Part shown: one piece after another, positions 13,101 through 24,323 of the stretch
How positions within the stretch are numbered: position 1 is the first letter of the stretch
How the letters are laid out: the number at the start of each line of letters is the position of its first letter
NCBI GenBank assembly: GCA_002269645.1
Contig: NIVC01001014.1
Coordinates: forward strand, 62,001-126,000
DNA length: 64,000 nt
Direction of reading: 5' to 3'
DNA from: Macrostomum lignano
Lineage: Eukaryota
Notes under the pieces: model-generated
Seen by the model: the letters and a program-made list of their open reading frames with translations, nothing else
Told to the model about the DNA's origin: nothing
Databases searched by the model: none
Position numbers and translations under genes: made by a program

Positions 13101-14477
13101 CCGGCTCATCTTTGCGATAAATTGTACCTTTGATTCTGGTAAAAACAGAGGAAAATCAAATAATAGGCGATATGTATCGAAAAAACAACTTTCCTAAGCA
13201 CGCAGCAACACACTTTATAGAGACTACAAAAAAACAAAAACTTACATTTTATCGCGAACTTTATTTTTTAGGCAAACCGGCTCGTCTAAGTAAAACTCTT
13301 GATGCAATTTGCGATAGACGCGGTTCACAGCGTTATCGATTGTGTCCGTGCCTGCCGTTTAGAGAGCGGGGTTGCTATTGAACTTAGACCGGCAACTGAG
13401 GATCTGGGAGGCTGGCCCTAGCAACTGAGGATCTGGGAGGCTGGCCCAGCAACTGACACTCTGGGAGGCTGGCCCAGCAACTGAGGATCTGGGAGGCTGG
13501 CCCAGCAACTGAGGATCTGGGAGGCTGGCCCGGCAACTGAGGATCTGGGAGGCTGGCCCAGCAACTGAGGATCTGGGAGGCTGGCCCAGCAACTGTGGAG
13601 GCTGGCTCACTGAGGATCTAGGAGGCTGGCCCTAGCAACTGAGGATCTAGGAGGCTGGCCCTAGCAACTGAGGATCTGGGAGGCTGGCCCAGCAACTGAG
13701 GATCTGGGAGGCTGGCCTAGCAACTGAGGATCTGGAGGCTGGCCCTAGCAACTGAGGATCTGGAGAGCAACTGAGGATCTGGCCAGCAACTGAGGATCTA
13801 GAGGAGGATCTGGCCCAGCAACTGAGGATCTGAGGAGCAACTGAGGATCTGGAGAGCAACTGAGGATCTGGGAGGCTGGCCCAGCAACTGAGGATCTGGA
13901 AGGCTGGCCTAGCAACTGAGGATCTGGGAGGCTGGCCCAGCAACTGAGGATCTGGAAGGCTGGCCTAGCAACTGAGGATCTGGGAGGCTGCATGGCCCTT
14001 TTGGCCCAGCAACTGAGGATCTGGGAGGCTGGCCCAGCAACTGAGGATCTGGTAGACTGGCCCAGCAACTGAGGATCTGGGAGGGCGGGTTTTCTGGCAG
14101 CCAATAAACAAGCCCAACTCACTGTGATGCACAATCTCCAAAGCAGCCTGAACATAGTACTTGGGAAACAGCTTCTTCAACAGTCTCTGGCAGGACTTCT
14201 CAGACTTGACAGCGTCCTTATAACTGAGACAGCTGCGGCCAGTGCAACGGCAAGTCCAAATTGGCTCGGCATAGATTCGATTCTTTCGTTCCAATTCGCC
14301 TGCGCTGCTGCAGATCTCCTGGGTGATGTCCGCCACGAATTCGTGCTGCCGCTGCTGGCCAGACTTAGTTGGAGAGTCCGGAGGTGGAGCAGTGCTGGTC
14401 TGGGCTGTGCTGGGCCGCTTGCGTTCCTTTTTAACCAACTGATTGAGCACGTGCGGCCGCGAACCAAGTAGCGGCAT
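2659..14477 (-). CDS. BAZ1B: BAZ1B/WSTF-like bromodomain-PHD chromatin remodelling subunit (WAC, DDT, WHIM/WSD, 2x PHD, bromodomain)
   Basis: Exons joined by GT-AG with consistent phase (minus strand): 14477-14123, 13351-13246, 13135-12853, 12274-12198, 12102-11715, 11320-10985, 9864-9372, 7833-7229, 6890-6616, 6253-5740, 5363-4620, 3687-2659. A possible extra terminal exon is 1801-1768 via a donor after 2687. WAC motif [22 protein letters not shown]; WSTF-type [35 protein letters not shown]; DDT-like [28 protein letters not shown]; [15 protein letters not shown]; two PHD fingers; bromodomain [23 protein letters not shown]. Confidence 0.9.
3745..4560. repeat. 35-bp minisatellite, BAZ1B intron 11
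   Basis: Unit AATCAATGTACATTCTCTCTACCCCCCAATGCAGG. Confidence 0.95.
5427..5720. repeat. 40-bp minisatellite, BAZ1B intron 10
   Basis: Unit GGCTAGCAGCCAATCAGAGAAGGGCAAGATAAGGCAGTGG, about 8 copies. Confidence 0.95.
6318..6560. repeat. About 19-bp minisatellite, BAZ1B intron 9
   Basis: Unit approximately GGGCGATTCTAGGGGTCTA. Confidence 0.9.
7005..7205. repeat. (GACA)n microsatellite, BAZ1B intron 8
   Basis: Imperfect GACA run. Confidence 0.95.
7925..9298. repeat. 24/27-bp minisatellite with 51-bp higher-order repeat, BAZ1B intron 7
   Basis: Alternating TAACACCTGTTAGAGACAGACTAC and TAACACCTGTTAGACACTGACTACTAT. Confidence 0.95.
10030..10878. repeat. 39-bp shifting to 37-bp minisatellite, BAZ1B intron 6
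   Basis: AACTGGCTATGGGATTCTGATTAGGGATGGGGATAACTA switches at about 10440 to AACTGGCTATGGGATTCTGGTTTAGTGGGGATATCTT. Confidence 0.95.
12440..12830. repeat. 17-18-bp minisatellite, BAZ1B intron 3
   Basis: Unit CAGTCAGTGGGAATCCC(C). Confidence 0.95.
13385..14085 (-). repeat. 28-bp minisatellite, BAZ1B intron 1 (same family as the UROS intron 1 array)
   Basis: Minus-strand unit CCTCCCAGATCCTCAGTTGCTGGGCCAG. Confidence 0.95.
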
Positions 14478-15854
14478 GGCTAAATTGATTGATCTAGATC
14501 AGCTCCAAGGCTGGCCCTTGCTCTGTCAGTTAATTTCTATTTAATTTCTCTCTGTTGCCGCCTACCTTTTGAGTCAATGTATAGTAAGTGAACCAAGCAT
14601 GAAATTATGAGTTCATTAGACCTTCACAAATTAATTGGCATTTTGATATCATTAGTAAAACAAAAATTATAAACCAGATACACTGTTTCTTAGAAATTAT
14701 TAGATTAGACCAAAATTTAGGAAACATAATTTTCTTATATTGCTACAATAGAAAGGAATATTATTAAAAGTAGAATCAAATTAATTAAAGTATGCTCACT
14801 AGACATTTCTATGAAGTATTAAAAGTTGCAAATATAAACTTTTAATGACTTCTCATAACAAAATTTTATAAGTAAAGACAGGTTGCTAGATGAGTAGTTT
14901 CACAGATAGGTTAATCATGATACCAAAAATTATAAAGTTTGTATTAGAGATGGCGACATCAATACATGTGCAACCCCCCCCCTGATTTACACTAGCTATG
15001 CAACTTACTTTTTGACCAAAAAAGTGACTTACCTATGAAAGAAACCTAACTTCTAAAAAATAATAATGCAATTTTGGGTAAATGGCAAGAGTAACTAGAG
15101 TGCATTATTAAGGCTAAATGCTTTGTCATTTAATTACTTCAGCAATACTAATATTAGTAATACTAAGTCTGGTTTTAGAGTGGGAATTTTTGTGACTTAC
15201 CTTGGCTTGGCCTCTTGCCAGTTGGCCAGCTCAGTCAGGTGTTGTGCATATATGGATGGCAAGGTAGTTCTTTTTTAACTATGTATACTTTTAGTTTTTA
15301 ATAAAGCTTTTGTAAAATTGTAAGTTTTTATAGAAATTTCATATAATAGAGCTCTAATAGTTGTTTTTGTTTATAGCTGAATAAATTTTTTAATGCCAAT
15401 TTTGAACAATATACCAGGTAGATATTGCACCACAACTTTTTCATTTTGCACTTTATTTAGGTAAAATTTGATTTTTAAAAAAATTATAAATATACAAAGG
15501 CCATTAGTAGGATTTTTAAAAGTTAAAATATTATAGTTTTTTGCATTAATAAGTATGCCACTAAGTGCAATGCCACTATCACCTTTGCCATTGCTATTAT
15601 TGCTGATTTAGCATTGTTATTATCATCAGGTGCCTATACTGCTATACAAACAAGGTAAGATTGTATATACTAAACAAGTACCTATAAGATTTATACTAAC
15701 ATAACTTATAACAATCTTGTTTCCTGATTAGGGTATATAATTTCCTTGCTAAATATACTAAAAATGGTCTTTTCCTTGCTAAAAGTATAGTACATTTTAA
15801 ATTTGGTTTTGTAACCTATACTATATTATAAGGAATGCTAGTATATCCTGCTAG

Positions 15855-16175
15855 GGGGGCTGTAGCCCAGCGGTCTAGCGCAGGCTCTGGTGTGCCAGCA
15901 ACCCAGGCTCAATTCCAAGTGTAGTCACATTAATTTGGGGCTGAATTGGAATCTCGGCTTGGCTCTGCTTGTGCAATTAATGGCCTTGAGAGCCAACCCC
16001 CCAAGACGCAGTGAAGTGTACATGCCTAACGATAAAATAAAGTTAGGGCTGCTGTACACTCCTGTGTGAGTATGTGCCTGCATACGTATCCGCATGCTTG
16101 TATGCCTGCTCAGGGGAGTTGGCAGAATGGGCAGTAATGCCTCTTGCCAGTTGTATGCCTTTGTCATTTAAAGTG
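15855..16175 (+). mobile_element. tRNA-derived SINE, family A, CpG-decayed copy
   Basis: tRNA-like head with A/B-box-like motifs; colinear with the copies at 51002-51330 and 61230-61410 (minus). Confidence 0.8.
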
Positions 16176-16470
16176 CGCCAGGGTATACACAACCCCTTGC
16201 CTCTAATAAAAAAGTATATTCTGCTTCTAAAGCTAGCTGCAGAGTAGGGATCAAAGTGTTATAAAAAACCATTTGCAAATACATTAGGAAATACTACATA
16301 CTGGATACTATAGTCCTATTTTATGACCACAAAGACATCTGCTAGAGATGTTTAGGCTATAAGGCATCAGCTTATTCTCTCCTATCATTATCTTTTTGAC
16401 CTATATATTTATTCTTGTATATTTTTGTAACAATAACTTTTGTATTTGTAGTTTACTTAATAAAAACAAG

Positions 16471-16471
<1 letters not shown>

Positions 16472-16521
<50 letters not shown>
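16472..16521. repeat. (TA)n microsatellite
   Basis: About 25 TA units. Confidence 0.95.
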
Positions 16522-16524
<3 letters not shown>

Positions 16525-17298
16525 CTTTTATATTATCTATATTCTATAATAAATACATCTTGTATCTATCTGGATGACTTAATAGGTTCATAAATTTTTA
16601 TACTTATGAATGACTAAGGCATTGCATCATACACACAAGGGTGCTAGCTATATTGGTAAAACAGACATTTTAGCAAAAGCCACCAGTGAAAAGATATTAT
16701 TTTTGGCAAAAGCCATACTGATATATTAGAATTTGAAATTGTACTTGGTTTAAACAAAAGGATTAGGTAATTAAATAGTGTATATTAGACATAGTATTTA
16801 AAAGCTATTAAAAATAAAAACTTTATATGCATACATGTGACATTGTGATTTAGAGTGCTTAATGCTTTAGAACACATAATTGGTTTTTAGTTCTAAATTT
16901 TTAGTATAGTAAATATGAAATGCTCCTAACTGCATGCTTACCATTTGTATATACCCTTTTTTCCTAAATGACTAATAATATCTAACTTTTGCTAAAATGT
17001 CCCTTGCCAAAGTGTCTTTCTACTAAAATGACTATAACCTATATATACTCGTATAACCTTATATCTAAGACCAAGCTAAAGTGCTATTTATATTGTTACT
17101 ACAATCTTAAGCTCATGTTTCTTATTTAATATTCTAGATAGCTAGATAATTATACATATACAGTTTTCACTATAGGTACAAATAATATTTATTTATCATT
17201 AGGCTTTTTAGTTTTCTAGATAATAGAAAATAGAGATACTATATAATATCTTTACTCTATAGTCTGGATCATATTGGGTGCAAGGCCAAACAAAAAAT

Positions 17299-17660
17299 TA
17301 GTGTTCCACTGTAGCCATAGCTATGGCTGCGGGATCCTAGGGCAAATATGGTAAAATAGGTGCCTACAGCAGCTACAGAAAAGCTTATAGTAGCTAGCTG
17401 CTTTTATAGTTACGACTACAGAAATATGGTAGTTGCTGTTATATTCTATAGATTCACATAGCTGTAGTTGCACCAGGTTATCTTTTTGATTTAAAATATT
17501 TTCTTTTCTAGACTTTTGTTAAAACTATGGCTATAGCTACAGGAACTATGGGAATATGGTAATATTGGGGTCCTTATGGCTATAGAATATGGAGAATTAG
17601 AATAAGCCATAGCTTTGCTTATGGCTATGGTACATGGACCCTCCTTACAGCGGAATGCTA
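17299..17660. mobile_element. Decayed MITE-like element with terminal inverted repeats
   Basis: Left end TAGTGTTCCACTGTA versus reverse complement of right end TAGCATTCCGCTGTA; both are derivable from TAGCGTTCCGCTGTA by CpG transitions. Confidence 0.5.
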
Positions 17661-18132
17661 CAAAAATTGAATAGTTTCAAATGCATGCCAAAAAATTTGG
17701 TGCATACTCACACTCAAATTTAAGAATCTAGGCTGGTGTTGCAATAATATACAACCTTTTTAGGTTGTATACAGGATCCTAAAAAGTTGTATAAAGGTTG
17801 ATAATTTGGTTGATTAATTATTTTTTCGTGCTTATACCATTTACAACAGAAAATCATTTGTTTAAATGCCTTATTGCAAGTTTTAAAACTGGAAATCTTG
17901 ACACTAGACATTAGTTTACACTAGATGTGCATGTATACTATTTTCTTAGGAGTCATACATGCCAACTATGCATATCTAAATTTTACTAGATACTATATGA
18001 TCTAGAATGTGGCCTTGACCTAATTAAATCATACTCTAAAATTGAAATTAGATGCAATTTTGTATCCTGCCACTTTGTACTAGCAAAAACAAAGGAATAA
18101 TATACAATAGTGGCCTAAGTCTAATAATATAA

Positions 18133-18760
18133 GGCTTCTAGTCAATTTGGCAACAAGATAATCTGGCAGCAACAGATAATCTAATGACCATCAAAGTGGC
18201 AACAGACAATCTGGAAAAAAATTTTTTGTAGATTTTAGGACTATATCTAATGTTTTATGCATATGTAATGCTTTTGGTCTAATCTAGAATGTGTCAATTC
18301 TAACATAAGTTACTATGATAATAAATTTTATCTTTTAAGTTAAACTTAATACTATTTATTATGGCCTATATTACAAATATTTAATATTATACATAAATGT
18401 CTTATACATAAATTTGACATAATTTATAGTCATTTATTTGTTGCTACATATAAATTATACAAATAAAAGCTTTTAGGCAATAAATCATTAAGATTATTTT
18501 TCCTTTTAACAATAGGCTTAGACCTATTTGAGAATTAAAGAAACAAAAAATTTCTGGTTGCATTGCAACTTCTATGTATGCATATAATCTGCAAAATTAG
18601 TTTTAGAAATTTTGCATAGATAAGTTTGCAAAATATAATAATAATAATGATATTAAGGCCTAGTATTAAGCCTACCTAGCTATAATAATCTCTACATTAA
18701 AGATCATTTGTCACTAAAACATCTGTCACTGGATTGTCTTGTCACCAGATTGACTAGATA
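18133..18760. mobile_element. Heavily mutated non-autonomous relative of the adjacent MULE
   Basis: GGCTTCTAGTCAATTTGGCAACAAGATAATCTGG at 18133 and ..CCAGATTGACTAGATA at about 18745-18760 are degenerate versions of the MULE TIRs. Confidence 0.6.
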
Positions 18761-18768
18761 GGCCTACT

Positions 18769-21259
18769 GGTATCCAGTCAATCCAGCGACAAGACGATCC
18801 GGCGACAGACAATCCGGCGACAGACAATCTGGCGACAGATATTAAATCAAGATATATCAGCATATAGTTAAGCTATTATTTTTAGCTCTTTATTATTACT
18901 TAGTAATACTTAAATAATTAAATAACAATTACCTGAACTATAATTTTTGCAGTTTTATTTTTACAGCTGTACATAGCTGTTGATTTTCAAAATTTTATTT
19001 TCAAATAAAGGTTGTGTTTTGCCGGCTAATATTTCTGGATCATTTTAGCTAATTTCTAGATTAATTTCTTTCTGAATACAATTTTATCAGTTAAATCTGC
19101 TTAGAAATCAAATTTGTATGACTATATTTGCATCGCAATATTAAATATTTGCTAACACATTTGCATTTTCGCATTTCTATTGTGTACATGTAAATATAAA
19201 TCCCATTTGCCAATCTGAACACAACTGAACATTGAACACATTGAACACTGAATATATTTCACATTTTAAAACATCGAGATAGATGATTAATGTTTTGTAA
19301 TCATTTTTTTTCTTTTTTTAAAATTGTCACTTTACTTTTAAGCATAAGTGATCAGTGGTTAGGCCTACATGTATGAAAAATGCTTCATTAATCTAAAATT
19401 AAAAATATATATAGGTAATAAAAGAAAAATTTGTATTAGGTGCAGAAAAGTCATGAATGATTGAATATTTTGATCTCTAATGCATGTACATGTATCTCCA
19501 ATAACATTTCAGCCTCGACAGTCTGCTAGTATCTGTCCCCATTGTGGGGCAAAGGTGACTGGGTAGCAGTTTGCCATTGAATGTGATAAGTGCTACTGCT
19601 GGTTTCACCTAAAGTGTCAGACAGGTGTGACTGGAGCAGAGTATCGCCACCTACTAAAGTCAGGAGCTGACTTTGAATGGACATGCACAGGGTGCAAGGC
19701 TGAAGCTGAGGTTGTGGCTGTGGCTGCTGAGGCTAGGGCTAAGTAAGTGCCTGTGCTGTTTGCACTGATGAGTGGTCGACAGTGCCACGACTACAGCCTC
19801 GTTTTTGCAGAAGGCAGCACTCCCACATGTGGCTCCACGGAGCATCATGCTCGACTTTGAGGCCACAGTGTGGCAGGCAGCGAGAGCAGCCTACCCTGGC
19901 GTGGCCATTCGCAGCTGCGGTTTTCACTTTTTGCAGGTTATAGTAATGGAATGGGTAGGGCGTGGGGTATCCCATATGGGATTCTATAATAGAACTTGCT
20001 CATTTTGCAGGCTGTCTGGCGGCACATCTAGGCACTTGGACTGCAGCAGCATACTGTGCAGACGAAGGCACGCAAGACATCGTTGTCTGCAGGCAGCTGA
20101 TGGCGCTGCCCTTTCTCCCAGCTGATGTCATCACCCGTACATTCTTTAGGCTGAGAGCGGACGTCCAGAGCAACGATCTGAACACTCTGTTCGATTATGT
20201 ACATGATACATGGCTGCAGAGCACTGTTTGGCAGGTGGCAGACCTCAGCGTCTACCAGCAGGCAGTACGCACGAACAATGACACCGAGGGCTGGCATCGA
20301 CGGCTTAATCGTCGTGCACAACGCGGACGCCTGCAATTTTACCTACCTGTAAAGTTGCTGCATGACAAAAGTCGTGCATGTGAAATGGAAGTGAGGCTGA
20401 TCCACCAGGGCATACAGCATTGAAGGCAGCGCGGCGCGTACCAACACGTACAGAAACTGTGCTTCTGGCTGTGGGCAGAGTACCCATGTGGTGAGCGCTC
20501 GGCGTTACAGCTGCTGCAAGAGTGCAGCAAGCTCAACGCGCCTGCAACTAGTGGTGTGAGATGACTGATTAGGCTGCTTTTATTGTTTTCACCTTTACTG
20601 GTTGTTAATTATTTTACTGCTGTTTTTTACTCCTACTTTTTTATGTTTTAAACATGTGCATTTCCTATTAAATTCTTTGTGACACTTTGTGATAAAATCC
20701 CTACTCGACAATGATTTTACATCTTAGCCACGCAGCATTTGTTACGTTAAATGGAATAGTATTTTTAGCATGGCAATTTTTTGGTTCTTTGATTCTCGAA
20801 TACTGTCGCAAATACAATATTTACAATATTAAATTATATAGTCATTACAAATTTGCTTCCCAGATTAAATTGATAAAATTGTATTTAGAAAGAGATTAAG
20901 TATATTTAGATTAATCCAAATATTAACTAAAACCATCTAGAAAAATTCGGCGATAAAAAACAAGCTAAGCCTACTTTTATAGGGGTAGCTTTCTTTGAAA
21001 ATGACATTTTGAAAATCAACAGCTATAAGTACAGCAGTAATAACTGCAACAATTGTAGTTTAAGTAATTGTTATTAAAGTATTTAAGTACAAGTACAAAA
21101 AGCTAAAAATAGGCCCTAGACTCAACTATAGCTCAACTAATCCATATATATACTAATATATATTGATTTAATATCTGTCGCCAGATCGTCTGTCGCCGGA
21201 TTGACTGTCGCCGGATTGTCTGTCGCCGGATCATCTTGTCGCTGGATTGTCTGGAAGCC
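18769..21259 (+). mobile_element. Mutator/MULE DNA transposon, defective
   Basis: About 80-bp TIRs (GGTATCCAGTCAATCCAGCGACAAGACGATCC versus reverse complement GGCTTCCAGACAATCCAGCGACAAGATGATCC) with flanks GGCCTACT / GGCCTACC. Transposase remnants SIMLDFEATVWQAARAAYPGVAIRSCGFHFLQ | intron 19937-20010 | AVWRHI*ALGL and RTNNDTEGWHRRLN. Premature TAG at 20029 plus a frameshift. PHD-like Cys remnant near 19530-19620. Confidence 0.9.
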
Positions 21260-22513
21260 GGCCTACCTAATATAGTATATACTGTATAGGGGCCTAGGCT
21301 TTATATTAATAAGATTATAATAATATAATACTTGAAGATATAATTAAATTGTAACTTAAATTGCCTTGTTATTATATTCTAATGGGGTTATACCTAGCTT
21401 AAAATTGGCTAAAAATTACCATAGATATGATTTGTTAGTCTTGACTCTCCTAGACTTATTGAATAGGCCCTTATACTTGTCTTGATAAAGCAAAGGCTTA
21501 AATCTAAAAGTTAAATTTCTACAACTAAAGGCATGCTAGATTTTAAGATAAATCAGCTGCAAATTGTGTCAATAGCCATGTAATTCTAATCGCTAAGCAA
21601 CCAGCAAGTTTCATGAAAAATGTGAAATGCTGTCAATGGATTGGAATCAAGTTATGTGCATTTACTACAAAATAAGTTCACACAATTGTATGCAGAACAT
21701 TTTGCACTACAGAACGATAAGTAATACTGAATAAAAAGTTTAAACAGCCATTTAAAGTATTCACTGTGGAAGAAAAAGTGACAAATATTAAGGAAAATTC
21801 TCAAACTAAAAGTTTCACGAAAAAAATATTTCAATGCTAGGCCTACCCAGACCATTTTTTTACATAAAGTGAGCTTACAGCAAACTGACTCATACGTCGA
21901 GAATCAAGTAAGGGAAGCAAAAAAACTAACAGAGGTTACGTTAAACTAGACTTTTCACAATTTAAAAGACTTACTAATCGAGCTTAAGAAAAATGGCGGA
22001 CGGGATACTGATTTTAAAGAGGTCCCCGTCGGCTGAAAAACAGAATGATCTGTTCAGTAGGTTTAAATTGCAAAGTTGTAAAGTATAACAAAGCTTTTAA
22101 ATCAAATTACAATTCTAGCTCTTTAAATTTCTCAGAACGCAGTTATTGGCATTGATCAATGTAGTTAACTTATTATTAATTTCTTTGCTTTTTCTATTTT
22201 CAAAAGTTTGCCTCAGTTGATTTTTAAAGTAAGCTGATTCGCGTGCTCAGAAAAAATTAAGCTTTTGAGGCTTGAGCCTTAAATTGGATGTAAAGCACTT
22301 TCAACATTTTAACTTTTTACCACTTTTTACATTGCTCAACGTGAAAGTGCGGACAGAATAGCTTAACATTTCAGGGAAAACCAAATTGGTTGCACACTAA
22401 CTCAGAATTCTAAATAAAAAAAATCATCAATAGAAACTAAAATATAGAGCGTTCAAAATAGTTCGGAACAACTAAGACTTTAATGAGGGGAGCCAGGGGT
22501 GTAGGGAGGGGGC

Positions 22514-23663
22514 CAGGGGCGTCGCTACCGGGGGACAGCGGGGACTTGTCAATCGCTTAATTTTCCCCACCCCACCTGGTGACCCGTTGTGGAAATCAAT
22601 AATTTTGCTTTTAGGGCAACAAAATCTGCGCTAAAATGAGTGTCTGCGACGCTAACATGAGTGCCTGTAGCGCCAAAATGAGCACGTGCACTAATTCTCA
22701 AAATAATGTGTAAGTCTGTTTCCGGTATATTATTTTTCCCTCCCTATAGGGGCGGCCTACGAGCGTATATCCCCCGGCCGAAGAAAACTTCTGCAGCTAC
22801 GCGCCTGAAGGGATCGAGCCCCGCGGGATCGGTGCAGGTGTACATGTATCTGCATGGTAGACCGCCAATAATGCAACTCCCACTGAGTTTGAATGTTTTT
22901 TTCCTGAGTGACGATGACCGCGCTGCTGTCTTGTCCTGCGTGATGGTCAGGATCGTGCACAATTTTAGTTTTGCGAGTCAATTCTACACTAAACATGTTT
23001 TCATGCTGATAGCTATATAGTTCTTACGCTAATTCACAAGCGTCTCATAAAGCAGCATCAAAAAAGTGATTCCTAACTTCTCGTATTTATCTAATGAAAA
23101 CACTTTAACCATTCAAAACGCATATAGTTAAACTGCGAGAGCTATCATCATTAGAACTTGTGTGTTGGACTCCAAAGCTTGCAGTAAATTTTACTACTCT
23201 TCGATGACGATATACATTTTGAGTCTCGCCTTATGGTTAGCCGCACACACCAGTTATCAAAGGCGTCGCCATGGATTTTATGGCGGGGGCGTGCAAAGCC
23301 AATAATTCTACACGTATGTACATTATTTTCAGAATCGGTGTCGTCAGCGCTCATTTTGGCGCCGCAGGTACTCATTTTGGCGCCGCAGGCACTCATTTTA
23401 GCGCCGCAGGCACACATTTTAGCGCCGCAGGCACTCGTTTTAGCGCCAAAGGCGCTCATTATATCGCCGATAAAATCATTTTGGACTCATTTTGGTGTCG
23501 CAGTTGCTATATTTTAGCGCTCTGAAACAGAATTCTTGATTTACACAACGGGTCACAAGGTGGGACGAGGAGAAAAAGCAGTGACATGTCCCCCCATAGC
23601 TGTTACTGGGGGAGGGACATGTCCCCCCTGTACCCCCCTCCCCCCCCGTTGGCGACGCCCCTG
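22514..23663. mobile_element. Inverted pair of MITE-like repeats (family with internal 21-bp tandem GGCGCCGCAGGCACTCATTTT); third copy at 25012-25310 with its end near 26036
   Basis: Ends CAGGGGCGTCGC (22514) and GGCGACGCCCCTG (23663); the body of 23263-23663 is colinear with 25012-25310 and inverted at 22514-22690. No TSD found. Confidence 0.6.
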
Positions 23664-23903
23664 CTCGGCATCATTCTCAGACTTTTGTCCATAGAAAACT
23701 TTCATGTTGGTCTGATAAAAGTTCATTAAAAGAAATGTTTTGTGAGCAGAAGTGCGTCAATCTCGATTCCATCTCAGAAAAACGTCTGTGGCAAAGCAAA
23801 AAAGCTCCGAAAGCTAAAGCTGAAACCAGTCCCAAAATTTTGGAACTCAATTCTGATAATTTCTTACTTTAATAACCTTCTTTTAGTCGGAATATATTCC
23901 AGA

Positions 23904-24285
23904 ATGCGCCTGCTAAAGTTTCCTCGCAAGCAGAGGAAGAGCATCGATCGCAGCAGCTGCAGCAGTCAAAAACGTGCCGCCGAGGCAACCACAGACGAGT
24001 CTCTGCGCTCGGCTACCAATACACCTAGCTGGCTGAATATTTTGAAGCTGCGCATGAACCACCAACCGCGCAGGGCGTCTGTTGAAACTAAAAGTCAAAT
24101 CGACAGCAAATCGAAGCCGACTTCTAAAGATCGTCGCAGTGCAAAGCATTACAGGCAAATGGCTTATGAGGAAACTTGCCGTTATCTGTCCGGCAGAGAC
24201 TACGCTGAGCACACGGACGCTCAGCTGGAAATGTTCCAAACGTTGATGAGCAACTCTGGCGCCGCGGAAGCTACAACGAAGCCTC

Positions 24286-24323
<38 letters not shown>

